DNA of 64,000 bases from Marsupella aquatica. Taxonomy: Eukaryota > Plantae > Marchantiophyta. This document shows positions 13,724 through 26,359 of the stretch, in pieces. The stretch lies in contig OZ316891.1 in NCBI GenBank assembly GCA_973895155.1, positions 7,123,808-7,187,807 on the forward strand, in the 5' to 3' direction. Every line of letters starts with the position of its first letter. Within the stretch, counting starts at the first letter, position 1. The notes under the pieces are model-generated. The model saw only the letters and a list, made by a program, of their open reading frames with translations. It ran no database searches and was not told the origin of the DNA. The position numbers and the translations under genes were made by a program.

Positions 13724-14533
13724 CTAGAAAATAGAATCGTCAGGGGGTGGGCCATAAACTGTTTCCCATGACAAAGGAATCCTCCACTGCAAGTTTCCAG
13801 GGTTATCCACTTCCTTTTGCTGTAAAAGACGCTGGAGGGACTCTGCTACAAAAAAGGCATCGGGTATATTATCTCCTTCGGAACAATACAGCAAAATGCA
13901 CGTCACCTTCAAGCCCTTTGCCTCGCAGGAAGAGTACAGCGACGCGAACGGCAATCCAGCATAATAATTGTCATCTGTCAGGATTACTTGCGGGGGACTT
14001 AATTCCTCGCTTAGTGCAGCTTGATGTTGAAATAGCTGGCCTGCCTGCTTCAATCTCTTCCATCCCAGTTGATCACAAATCTCATCAGAGCCATCCTGCT
14101 TGGAGGTAGAGATGTAGTGAATCTGTGGGCCGATCATCTCCCTCGTTTGACGTTTCGCTGAATCCAGCCCTGAAAGTATAAAGACCTCTTTGACACCAGA
14201 ACTTTCCGCCCAGTCGGCAATATGCTTTGAATAATCAACCATCTTCCCCTTCACAACAGGGCTTCGCTGCTGCACAATGGCAAGATCACTTGCCGAGTCC
14301 TCAAACACCTCGAGAGAGACAGTCAGGGTTCCATCTGCTTGAGGACCAAAAGGGTCATTCCCTACACAAGGTAACACATAAGGATCATCCAAGTAGCCGG
14401 CCTTGGTTACCGTACGTGAGGAGATGAGTAGGTCCACTGCCAACTGCCCAACATTTCCTATCGATAATGCTGGCAAGATCAAATGAGGAGGAAGCCGAGT
14501 ATTCCCCCTGCCAGATGCTCCTACAAATTCCAT
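13724..14533 (-). CDS. PAC2: Proteasome assembly chaperone 2 (PAC2/PSMG2 family), intronless, 269 aa
   Basis: Single ORF with family motifs LILPALSIGNVGQLAVDLLI, QQRSPV, CSEGDNIPDA and the C-terminal WRIPLSWETVYG. Confidence 0.92.
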   Translation of the reverse strand: MEFVGASGRGNTRLPPHLILPALSIGNVGQLAVDLLISSRTVTKAGYLDDPYVLPCVGNDPFGPQADGTLTVSLEVFEDSASDLAIVQQRSPVVKGKMVDYSKHIADWAESSGVKEVFILSGLDSAKRQTREMIGPQIHYISTSKQDGSDEICDQLGWKRLKQAGQLFQHQAALSEELSPPQVILTDDNYYAGLPFASLYSSCEAKGLKVTCILLYCSEGDNIPDAFFVAESLQRLLQQKEVDNPGNLQWRIPLSWETVYGPPPDDSIF

Positions 14534-15079
14534 TGGCTCGCCTCTGAAAGAATTCTCAGACTACACAACTGCGTCAAGATTTCACCCTTTGGATACCGCA
14601 AGCCAAGTCAAGATCGACCCTAGCCTCATCAACTCTCGTTCTCAAGAGAGAGGGCCAAGTTTCCTAGCCTGCCACACGGTAAACGCTTCCTCAGTAGAAA
14701 AGGCGTATAGGAACCCAGAAACAGTTGACCTCTTTCACAAGCAAATGTAGCAGCTAGCTTCTGTAGGACCCACCTTATCGTATCATGCCATTGTCTCGTT
14801 CTCTAACTTGGTAGAACTCCGAATTTGAGCAGATCCAGGATTCAACCCAGTATTGAGCTCCAGAAACAAAATTTCGAGTCTGCCTTGTTGTCCAAGTCTA
14901 TCGCTCAACTTCGATTGCTTAATCTAAGGAATCACAGACATCCCCGAGCTCAGCTGCGTGATCGAAATTAATTGGACATTCCCGAGAAAATCGAGGCACT
15001 TGAAAGAACTCGTGTTGCAGCCACGGCAACTGGATCGACTACTGAACGTGCTTCAATACTCCGAACAATTGATAGACAG

Positions 15080-15580
15080 GAATCCCCACGTTTATGGTTT
15101 TATAACTTTGCACAGAGACAAAGGTCGGCTAAACGATTGGTATGTGACAGACAGACACTCTCTCATACTCCATTATTTTGATGCCCTTTGTTTGCATTGT
15201 TTCCAAGTCTTGTTGGGATTGGAAGAGAAATCTTGGAGAAGTAGTAAGAGCATCTCCAATGGAGGTGGCGGGAAAAGGTCAGTAACCTCCATCTTTTACC
15301 TTTGGCAGCAGGCAAACCTAGCTCCCCACCGCAACCCCAAATATGGTTTTATAACTTTGCACAGAGACACACTTCGGCTAACGATTGGTAAGTGACACAC
15401 TCTTTCATAGTCCATTGTTTTGATGCCCTTTGTTTGCATTGTTTTCAGAGTCTTGTTGGGATTGGAAGAGAGATCTTGGAGTAGAGTAAGAGCATCTCCA
15501 ATGGTGGCCGGACAGAAAAGGTCAGTAACCTCCATCGTTTACCTTTGGCAGCTTCCCACCGCAACCCCAGAATCCCCACG
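15080..15580. repeat. Tandem duplication of a ~250-bp unit upstream of PAC2
   Basis: TATGGTTTTATAACTTTGCACAGAGACA...GTCTTGTTGGGATTGGAAGAGA...AAAAGGTCAGTAACCTCCATC occurs starting at ~15092 and again at ~15342. Confidence 0.85.
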
Positions 15581-15743
15581 TGCGAGCAGGCAGCCTCTCC
15601 ACTTGACAGCATTGGTGATACACTAGTGAACTGCAAAATGCTCCCCCTATCAATAGACAGTCTTCCAACCACAACGTGTCACTTGTGATGATAAACTCGA
15701 TCATAGCAGGAATTATACCTCCATGTATGACCTTTGCAACTGA

Positions 15744-15912
15744 CAATAGGGTGTGTCAACAATAACTTAGTTAATGTTTAGGACATAAAACCCTGCTACG
15801 CCAGGACAAAATAGTTATGGGCTACCAAAATACGCATCCCATAAGGGTGATACGTCCAAAAGAATAAAGCCTACACACTTTGGTTAAAGGAGAACTTTGA
15901 CACACCCTATTG
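15744..15912. mobile_element. Candidate 169-bp MITE-like element with 16-bp perfect inverted termini
   Basis: CAATAGGGTGTGTCAA (15744-15759) and its reverse complement TTGACACACCCTATTG (15897-15912). No TSD found. Confidence 0.45.
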
Positions 15913-16479
15913 AACGAAGGCAGTTCTTGGAGTGTGCCTGTGGTGATATGTGAGAAGCAAACTGGGACTAATGTTTTGGGGGTCTCCGCACACATGAGTG
16001 ATGGCGGCTGAAAGCTAGCCACAAAACTGTTGGTCAGGAGATGCGCTATTAAGTAATGAGATGATCATGAGAGTGAAAAATTAACCCACGAATAGATTGT
16101 CAAAGTGCCATGTTAGATTATGGAGTGAAATTTGGAAATCTGAAAATACTCATATCAGGTAGGTCTGTGAGAATACACTTGTTGTTTGTAGTGGAACAAA
16201 CAACACCCATTACACCCCTCAGATGTAGATCCAACGGCATACGATGATCATGTGGTCCCGCATGGGGTATGAGGGGCCCTTGGGTGGGGTGAGGATAAAA
16301 GCCTGGCTACCACTCTTGTGGACACTCTGTGTTATTTTCCCCAATGTTACCTTCCCATTTTTACTCATTTTCACCCAGATTTAGGTAGTTCTTCTTTCCA
16401 TTATGCGACCGGCAGGGCTTGGCATTCGGTCTTGTTGTATCTACCTCTAGTGTGAAATTTTATTTATTTGTAGTTAGGT

Positions 16480-19400
16480 AGTGTTAGTTATCCTACCACT
16501 GTGTTGGGGATAGAGCCTCTTGAACTCCCTAGTAGCCGGCGTAAACGTCCTCCTCGGGGCTGTGGTCCTCCAAGACCAAAGTACCCAAGTGATGACATGG
16601 AGTACAGGAAGAGGATGAGACCGGATACCAAGCCACCAATCCGGATCCCAGTGGAGCAATGGGATGAGTGGGAGGAGCTTAGACTTTTATTGGGAGATGA
16701 CACGAATACCCACGCTACTCTCATTCACTAGTTTCTTGAAAAAAGCAGTCATGTGATACATGAGTTGAAGCGATGGTGAGTGGATGAGACAACAATTGTG
16801 AGTGAGGCATTGCCACTTGGGGTGGAGAACAAAGAACCCCTTGCTACACCTGAAGAACACATGTTCAATCTCAATTTAGTCCCAGCCAACGAGCCCCTCA
16901 ATGTAGGAGATTCTTTGCTATTCTATTTCATTGTACAACTTGCGTGTTTTCTCTAATATTTCAATTCAGTTTCCACAAAATCCACCAACTTTTTCAAGTC
17001 AAACATTGCTAGAAGTCTTTGGACAAGCAACAACACTCACGACAGGAGAGGGAACACACAAAGTGTGACCAGTCTCAAGTCCCTTGCCTCCTTTCCTTTT
17101 TTTTCATTCCCATATACATTTCTTTCCCATGTATCCTTTTTCCTCTGTCCCATATATTCATTAAATTTTTAATTCGGTAATTTTTTAATCTCTATTCACT
17201 GTATCAACTTTGGGTCAACACTATATTGCTGGATTGTTGGATCAACACTTTATTTTTATCTCTATTCACTGTATTGTTGGATCAATACTATATTGTTCAA
17301 AGGAACATTGCCACTGATGATCAATAGATTGGCAAGTAGATGACGTTGAGATTAGGCAATGCAGCAGGCACTTTCTAGCATTTGAAATTGACTACCGTTA
17401 TATCATTGGATCAGTCTCTCTTAGCTTGGCTAAACTGAAATGAATGATCTTTGTCATGAACCCTGTCCTTTGATTCCAAATGAACAAGAGACCCCCACCC
17501 ATTTCTCTGAGGCGACCTTCAGCACGAACGACACAACGTACACTGGAAAAGCTCTATTACTTTTGGATTGATACTGGCATAAAGAGCAAGGCCAAGAACA
17601 CAAAGCTAAAGACACACAAAAGAACAACAAGACCAAGCCAAAGAAATGGTGACAAAATTCCCAACTCCACAAGTGTTGGGCAACAGTCAATCATGGAAGC
17701 ATAAGTAAAGTAGTTCAACATTATTTGGGGCAATAGGGCGTTCATAAGAAAGAAGGAGAGTGCAGGCCCCACATGAAGGAGCATTTGTAAACAATGTTGA
17801 ATGAAAAGGAACAACAATTCCAAATTCAAAACAATCAAGAACAAATGAGTGTGGCGATTGCCAGACTCAAACGTGCAAGACAACGTCAACACCCAGCTGA
17901 TCACCTTGATTCCCTTCACAACAGCTAATCCAGTCTGTTCTTGACTGAGTGAGTGAAACCTCAAAAATAGACAGCAAGAAAACAAGCAAAGAGCACACAT
18001 AGCATGGAGACGACACAGACAATAGCACCTGCTTTATACTTCACCTTTCTCCCACAAGGATGAGCGTCCTGCCCTTGAGTGCACATAGATTGTATTGGGG
18101 AGGGACAAACAATCACAGACAACCCACATAGTTCTTATCAAGGGGTGCAATTGGACAAGACTGAATGAGTCCACATCATCACATTATAGATCAGGGTTGT
18201 CTACAATGTGCAAATTGTGGCTCAAGCAATGTTGTGTTTCATGGGTGAGGACAAAGGACAACATGGAGGATGGAGACCAAAGGGACAGGCAGCCAAGGTT
18301 GTTGCTTTGGCCTCCATCCTCCATGGCGTCCTTGGTGGGCGTTGAGTGTGCACAACAGTGTTTGAATGAAAGCGCGGGGGACTGGAATTTTGTTGTGCAG
18401 CCAAAAACTTGCATGGAGGACAATGTTTTAAAATTATGAGAATTTTGTTGCACATCAAAACATCTACAAATTTGTTGGTTAGAATCCTAGCCTGGACATG
18501 GAGAGATTGGTTACAGTTGCTCAAGAATGTTTTAGGCCTTGAGAAGCTTTCATACGTCAATGTGTTCCCAATATTGAACTCTCCTGTTTAAAGTATTTAC
18601 CCGAGTATTTATGACCCTCCGAGATGACCCTAACTATTGTCAACTTACAACCAGGCTTAGAATCATATGTGGAAAGAAAGTTTTGGCAGGACTATTGCCA
18701 AATTGAAGATGTTGATGATTATATTGCATATTTCTAATCGCATATTGAGTCAAGGACAGATTCAAACTGCACCTGACTTTTCTTTTGTTAGCTATATGGC
18801 TCTTTGTGAGCTCTCTGCAATGGATGAAGGCCAAGATTTAGCGGTCTAATCTTTGGAGGACAGTTTTCTTGTAGGTAGTGAGCTAGGAATGATCTTAATT
18901 TGTTTCTACGACTCAAGAAGGTTTGATGTAGTCTGGTGTTGTGGCTGTGTGCATCGATCCAATTCAATTTCAGCTGATCACGGTGTTCTCTGCTTTTATA
19001 TCACATAGGCCAAACTCTGTAGTGTCTTGAACAGGAAGTTGCTTCATCATATGATTATGAACACTTGCATTAGAAGCAACTAGAATTAAAACCCAGTCTT
19101 ATAGGGCTCAATTACACTCTTGTGGCTCAGCTAAAAACCCTCAATATGCTCATTTGGTTGATGGATAAGATGGATGGACAACTGGACTTAGGAAAGGCAA
19201 GAGGTTATTGACTTTAATTACCTCTCTTTGGCATTCAATACATATTGGACCAGACACATGTCCATTGTATAGTACGTAGGTCAAGTGTGCAAGCTAGACA
19301 GTTCTCCTGTTGAGATCTTGTGGGCAGTCACGTTCATATTGTTGGGCTTCACCCAACGTGCTATGAGATAAGAACATGCAAAGACCACCTTACAAAGACA

Positions 19401-19480
19401 CAAAACCTGGGATTGAAACAAAGTATGTGTAAACTAGGAGGAATTAATGTAGAACGGTATAAAAAGGTTTACCACAACTC
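16480..19480 (+). pseudogene. Decayed DNA-transposase-like coding remnant (Kolobok/Mutator-like DDE type, tentative)
   Basis: Broken + strand frames give IRIPVEQWDEWEELRLLLG..THATLIH (~16640), QCANCGSS..AAKVVALASILHG (~18200-18330), FYDSRRFD..SGVVAVCID (~18900-18960) and IQYILDQTH (~19235). Many stops and frameshifts; termini not identified. Confidence 0.35.
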
Positions 19481-20145
19481 TGTCCTGAACAAAAAAAATT
19501 GGTGCCCGTGACGAAAGAGGCTGAAAATGGGAAATTTCAAAATGGACCGCTCTATTCATTAACTCAAAACAAGTTGAGGACAAAAAGACCAAAAACAGCC
19601 GTTGTCGGCAAAAGCTCACATTTACAAGTGGGATGACAAGTCTTTGCTTGTTCAACTTTTCTAGCTCCCGTGTCTGCATCCTGAAAAATTCTCTACATTG
19701 CTCTTCAACATGTGTTGTTTTCAAGCCTAAACAAGTTTTGGAAGTTTTATTCTTCTCAATCTCTCGGCATTGCTGGCAGCATCGGCTCCGATTATGAAGT
19801 CACACTCCTCAACTTTTAGTGTCTTGGCAGCCTTATTCCCAAGAGATTTTTGATTCACACTATTGCTTCCATCCTGTGTGGACATAGTCTCCACATTACT
19901 CAATTGTTTGTCTTCAGGAGCATGAGGGCTTGCCAACACATTTTCCTTATCTGTTGCCTTCTACCAATCCCCTCCTGCTTCCCTTTTGATCCCCTTGGAT
20001 GCCATTTTTATTGACAGGATTGGAAAATTGAGGGCAATCTTTGAACAGGTATACTTGAGTCCACTTAAAGAAAATCAAACTCTTTTCCCTTTGGATGTTT
20101 CCTCACTTTATCTTCCTTCATTTTCTTCAAGGGTGTCCTCCTAGT

Positions 20146-20490
20146 TGTTGAGCATCGACGACAATTGCAACGGCAAGCCCATGAACCATCCAACGCACAA
20201 GAGTCGACACAGAGAGATACGTGGTTCACCTCCTCATGAGGCTACGTCCACGGGAACACACAAGAGCTTTACTGCACTCTAGACCGACCGGCCATACCAA
20301 GCATCCACAGCACAAGCTCTCTCTATCTCTCAACTAGCTCCGTAAGAATGAGCCTGAGTTCCATCTCTCCAAGCAAACACTGCTTGGTTATAGAGTGTGC
20401 ACAGCATGACTAACCTAACCAAGTCTGCGACTAAGGTTAGCCTTAACTATGGTACAGTCGTAACTCTAGACCTAAGAGTAAATCCTAACA
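20146..20490 (-). repeat. 3' LTR of copia-1
   Basis: TGTTGAGC...CCTAACA, adjacent to the PPT; six differences from the other LTR. Confidence 0.95.
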
Positions 20491-22327
20491 ATCTCCCCCT
20501 TGACTCTGGTCTAGGGGAGGGTAAAGACTGCAACCTATATGATTGCTCAGCGGGAAGTTCTGGAAAGAAAAACTATGGTTTTTCCCTCTTTATACGAGAG
20601 TAGACCAGAACTAAGCCGTAGCCTATACAAGGAATGAGCAAGAGCATATCTCAGTATCTACACAAATGTTAAGTAACCCTACATGTGAGGCAATTGCAAA
20701 ACCTGCAACGCATCACAATGTCTAGAAAAACTCTCCAAAGGAATCACTTTGGTAAAAGCGTCAGCCGGGTTGAGTTTACCGTCAATCTTGACTAGCTCAA
20801 ACTGATTATCAAACACAGCCTGCCTGATAAAATGGTACCTGACATCAATGTGCTTCACTCTGTTGTCCATTACCTGGTTCACAACAAGATGGAGCGCACT
20901 CTGACTATCACAATGGAGCTTCACATTCCCCTATGGCAATCCCATCTCAGTGATAAGTCTATCCAACCAAATTGCTTCCTTTGTTGCTTCCGCTACTTCA
21001 ACATACTCCGCTTCTGTAGTAGACTAAGCAATACACTTCTGCAGACTAGACCTCCAACTTATGCATCCACCTCCTAATGTGAACACATAACCTGTTGTTG
21101 ACCTCCTCCGATCCAGATCCTGTGCATAGTCAGCATCTACATAGCCCATCAATGATCTAGCATTATCAGCATGTGCATCAAACAATAGACCATGATCCAC
21201 GGTACCCTTCAAGTATCGAATAATCCACTTCACTGCTTCCCAGTGTATCTTCCCTGGATTCGACATGTACCTGCTCACCTTGCCCATAGCCATGGCAAGA
21301 TCAGGTCTAGTGCAAGTCATCAAATACATGAGACTCCCCACTGCCTTGTCATAAGGAACCTTTGATATCAGCCCCTTCTCTGTCTCATCCGTAGGACAGA
21401 AAGCTGATGACAACTTGAAGTGTGGAGCCAACGGGGTACTCACTGGCTTACTATCCCCCATGTTGAACCTTGCAATTACCTTCTTCGCATAACTGCTCTA
21501 CGTCAACCATAGCTTGCCAGCCTCCAAGTCCCTAGTGATCTCCATACCCAAAATCCTCTTAGCTGGCCCTAAGTTCTTCATCTTAAACTCTGCACTTAAC
21601 AGTGCCTTGAGCTTAACAATCTCAGACCTATCCTTGGCCGCAATAAGCATGTCATCCACATAAAGTACTAAAACAATGAACCCAAAGACAATATTTTTCA
21701 CCGGTTTAAGATACACACATGGGTCAAACACACTCCTGTGAAAGCCTTGTGCACGAATCCAATCATCAAACCGCTTATTCCACTATCTTGGTGATTGCTT
21801 CAACCCGTACAAGGATCTCAGCAATCTGCAAACCAAATCCTCTTGCCCTCTCTTCACAAAACCTAGTGGCTGTCTCATGAAGATCACCTCTTCCAAGGTG
21901 CCATAGAGGAAGGATGTGACAACATCCATCTGATCTAGCAGCAGACCAAACATTACAACAAGCACACACAATAGCCGTATTGTTGAGTACTTAGCAACTG
22001 GTGAGAAGACCTCATTGTAATCCACACCTTTTTCCTATGTGAATCCCTTGGCTACCAACCTAGCCTTGTAGACCTTCGATCCACCTCCCGTGGATTGATC
22101 CTTCAGCTTGTATATCCACTTGCTGTCCACCACTTGCTGTCCCTCAGGCAGCTTGACAAGCTCCCAAGTTTTGTTGTCCTTCAGTGACTGCATCTCCATT
22201 TGCATTGTTGCAGTCCACTCCTGCTTCTCCTTAGAAGCACTTGCCTCATGAAATGAAGAAGGTTCCCCTTCTTCCAAAATCAACGCATCACCCTCATCGT
22301 CAGTAACAAAATCCTCCTCTTGCAACT

Positions 22328-22612
22328 CTCGGGGGTCTCACTATATGGGGACCTCCCCATCGCCTGCGACATTTTTAGGCCTCGGACCCCTTAAAAGTAA
22401 GAATTTTTAAAAAAAATTTAACCCCTATAAAGTTGGAATATTCTAAAAATTGGATTAAAAAGACCCTAATGTTCTTATAAGTCTCAAAATTGAATTTAAA
22501 AGATCCTATTGTTCTTCTACAAAAATTCTTAAGTCTTCCCTTAGAACCAATAAAATGACCTTATCCTTCGTCGCACGTGATATGCCATTTTTGTGGAAGT
22601 GAAACCCCCGAG
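22328..22612. mobile_element. 285-bp MITE nested in copia-1 pol
   Basis: 15-bp TIRs CTCGGGGGT(C/T)TCACT with one mismatch; 8-bp TSD TTGCAACT (22320-22327 and 22613-22620). Removing it restores the pol frame (..VDSSQL-QEEDFV..). Confidence 0.92.
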
Positions 22613-24228
22613 TTGCAACTGAGATGAATCAACCCACTGTCCATACCTTGGTGGAGCGCGTACAGTGCGACCAGATGTTCTTCTAGCCGATGACTCTGGT
22701 TGATCTGCGTGTGCTGGTACAATCTGAAGCTCATCAACATCCACTTGCTGCTCACCAGCATCAACAAACTCCTCTGGTTCCTCTGGCACAGGAACCAACT
22801 TTATATTTGGAGCAACTCCTTCTCTCCGGTCATGGACCTCATGACCAATCTCCCCCTCAACGAGATCTAGGATAGGAGATTTTCCTTTGTCAATACGGGA
22901 GACCTGAGTATTCTCCCCCTCCTTCAATAATCTGGATTCATTTAAGGAAACATTCCTACTGACAACGAGCTTACAGGCAATAGGATCCCATAGCCTATAG
23001 GCTTTCACACCACTCTGGTATCCAAGAAAAACATATTTCTTGGAGGTAGGATCCAACTTGGTCCTATTCTGCTTTGGTGTGAGAGCATATGCATCACTTC
23101 CAAAAACTACCAAGCCATGATAGTCTGCTTGCCGCTTATAGCGCATCTCAAACGACGTTTTGAAATTGATAGCACTAGAAGGAGAAAGATTTACCAAATA
23201 AGCTACGGTATTGACAGCTTCTGCCCAAAATTCCTGTGGTAAACCTGATTGGCTCAACATACTCCGTGACCGCTCCAATAGTGTCCGATTGAGCCTCTCA
23301 GCGACACCATTCTGCTGCGGAGTATAAACTGTGGTGAGATGACGAGTTATCCCCTGTGCTGAACAATATTCTTCAAATTCCACTGAAGTGTACTCCCCGC
23401 CGTTGTCTGACCTCAGACTCTTCACCCTTGTATCCAAACACTTGACCATGTTTCCAGTCTGATTCTCCACCTGAGCCTTCCACTTCTTAAAAATGGATAA
23501 GACATCAGATTTATGCGTCATGAAATAAATCCACACAAATCTTGAGTAATCGTCAATAAATGATACATAGTACAACTTTCCATTGTGTGAGGGAGTCGGG
23601 GATGGACCCCACATGTCACTATGTATGTACTCAAGAACCGCCTTGGAACGATGTGTTCCAACACCGAAAGCACGATGATGCTGCTTTCCAAGAATGCAAT
23701 GCTCACAAAACTCTAATTTACAAGATTGCAAATTAGAAATGAGTCCATTCTTCTGTAAGATAGCCAAACCCTTCTCACTCATGTGGCCTAGCCGTGAATG
23801 TCACAGATGAGTCATCTCCTCGTAAGACTTGGTTACATTGGCCTCTCCACATACAGTATTGCCCTGCAACACATACAAATTCTTCTGTCTGCTCTCCTTC
23901 AAGATCACTGTCTCTCCCGACCTGACTTGAAGTTCACCATCAATAACGCTCCATTGATGACCATTTGAATCCAACACACTCAGTGAAATCAAATTCTTAC
24001 GCATGCCAGGTACATACCTGACTTCGGACACTATGCGCACAGTGCCATCAAACATTTGAATCTTCACAAACCCAATACCCTCAATTTGACAGGAGTGATC
24101 ATTTCCCATCAGAACTGAACCATTTGAAATAGAGTAAGAACTGAAAAACTCTCGAATGTAACAAATGTGAAAAGAGCAAGCACAATCAAGAATCCACACA
24201 TCATCTGCTCTCCTAGATGACGTGCATA

Positions 24229-26359
24229 GGGCATACCAGTCGCGAATACAACTTTCACCTACTCGTAATTGCTCCGGCGTTGCCTAACTCCAGCGCTGAG
24301 CCCCTCTTAGATTTGCTACCATCATGGCCATTAGGGATGCGACTAACAAAGAGGAGGCTAGTAAGAGCAAGGACAAGACTTGAGAAAAGCGCGCTCCAAT
24401 TAACTTTATTGGGCCCATTGCCGATCACGGAAATATGATCTATTTTTCTGATGGATCACCATAGGGGCCCAAGAAGCCCCACATGAGCCCGATCATGGGG
24501 CCACATATTTCTGGGCCAACGGACCCAGGGGCCAAAAGTTATGGCCGACTCAAGCCGCATGCTCGTAGTTTGGGCCCGTTGCCGATCATGGAAAAATGAA
24601 CTATTTTTCCAACGGATCACCATAGGGGCCCGAGAAGCCCCACATGAGCCCAATCATGGGGCCGCATATTTCTGGGCCAACGGACCCAGGGGCCAAAAGT
24701 TATGGCCGACTCAAGTCGCATGCTTGTAGTTTGGGCCCGTTGCCGATCATGGAAAAATGAACTATTTTTCCAATGGATCACCATAAGGGCCCAAGAAGCC
24801 CCACATGAGCCCGATCATGGGGCCGCATATTTTTTGGCCAACGGACCCAGGGGCCAAAAGTTATGGCCGACTCAAGCCGCATGCTTGTAGTTTGGGCCCG
24901 TTGCCGATCATGGAAAAATGAACTATTTTTCCAACGGATCACCATAGGGGCCCGAGAAGCCTCACATGAGCCCAATCATGGGGCCGCATATTTCTGGGCC
25001 AACGGACCCAGGGGCCAAAAGTTATGGCCGACTCAAGCCGCATGCTTGTAGTTTGGGCCCGTTGCCGATCATGGAAAAATGAACTATTTTTCCAACAGAT
25101 CACCATAGGGGCCCGAGAAGCCCCACATGAGCCCAATCATGGGGCCGCATATTTTTTGGCCAACGGACCTAGGGGCCAACGGACCTAGGGGCCAAAAGTT
25201 ATGGCCGATTTAGACTCGATTAGAGTCGCCGCGCATCGATGGACCAAGAGGGGGTTGCCTGGACCAGAGCGGGGTTAGGGCCGTAACTTTTAGCCCCCTA
25301 TGCCACAATTTGCGCTCGAGGCCAAGTTACGGAAGGTTTTCGATTATCTTCGTTTCGAGCTAAGTGGCGGGGCCCACGGACCCTCGGGTAGGGGGCCAAA
25401 GATAGGGGACCAAAGCTGGTCCAGGGGTGGCAGGTCCCCAGAAGCATATATGAGGGGAGTGGTCCTCTCAAGTTTGAGCTCGAGCTGATCGCGATCGACG
25501 AAGATACGTCGTTTCGAGTTTTGAAGCGGAAACAAACATAACTCGACGACCGGATCTCCGTTGGGGGAGTTCTTGGGCTCGTTGGAAAGCTAATGAAGAA
25601 AGCTACCTCATGGTGCTCTCTGATTGTGCATTGGATGATTTTGGTTTTGAGGCTTGCAATGGGGGGAGTCCCTCTTGCCGATCCGAAGTCGAACAGTGAC
25701 CAAACCGCATTTGGTTCCCATGGGGACCTGATGTTGGAGAGGTAGAACCAAGTAGACTCTGGGGGCTGCCATTGAGATCTGGTCCTGATGCATGGTGAGA
25801 GGTTGAGCGGAACCCGGTTTCGCAGAGAGGTGGCTAAGATCTAGAAACTGAATGGTCCCGGCGTGTTACTACTAGTTTGTGACAAACTGAGTTTGGGCCA
25901 TGGGCATGTCCTGGAGGCAGGGCGGTCAGCCAGTGACGGGTAGAAAGTGGGGAAACTTGGGCGACATCCGGTAGATAGACTATTCCGGACGAACAGTGAT
26001 GTCGACCTTAGTTTCAGCTTATGGCAAGGCCATGCGGGCCTGGGAGGCTCTATCCGCTGACCTACTTACTAACGACTGTTGAGCTTGATGCAAGACAATG
26101 GTCTTGGGAGTTCCGAGTTCAAGACGGGTTCTTACCGGTTGGTTGGTTGCTTGTGCAGATAGCAAAGATCGTTGAGCAACGGTTGTGCTGATGAGGGCAA
26201 GTGCGGCTTTGTATGGGAGGGGTCGCAAACGACAAGGAGTATAGTTGGGGAGAACTTGCCCCAACATTCCGTGTTAGTGCAAGGTTCGACTTGTTTCAAG
26301 GCTGAGAAACGAGTTTGGACGGGCACGTGATGGGAGGGCCACCACTATACCCCTGGCTT
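24229..26359. mobile_element. 2.13-kb non-coding insertion of unknown class between the gag and protease regions of copia-1
   Basis: Removing it restores ..NDEYVL-CTSSRRADDVWILD..; flanked by a CATA direct repeat (24225-24228 and 26360-26363); no recognisable protein ORF. Confidence 0.8.
24411..25210. repeat. Tandem array, 161-bp unit, ~5 copies
   Basis: Units start at ~24411, 24572, 24733, 24894 and 25055 (GGGCCCGTTGCCGATCATGGAAAAATGAAC...). The repeated short ORFs in the track are spaced 161 bp apart. Confidence 0.95.

Noticed and set aside
19434-19939. Minus-strand ORF fragments next to the copia-1 insertion site
   Set aside because: Possibly a decayed gene or TE, but I could not assign any family.
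24225-24330. 5S rRNA or 25S 3'-end resemblance at the start of the insert
   Set aside because: Only ~8-nt matches (CATACCAG); no extended similarity.
24411-25210. CRISPR-like array or repeated 62-65 aa peptide genes
   Set aside because: Contiguous 161-bp units without unique spacers; the ORFs are by-products of the repeat.
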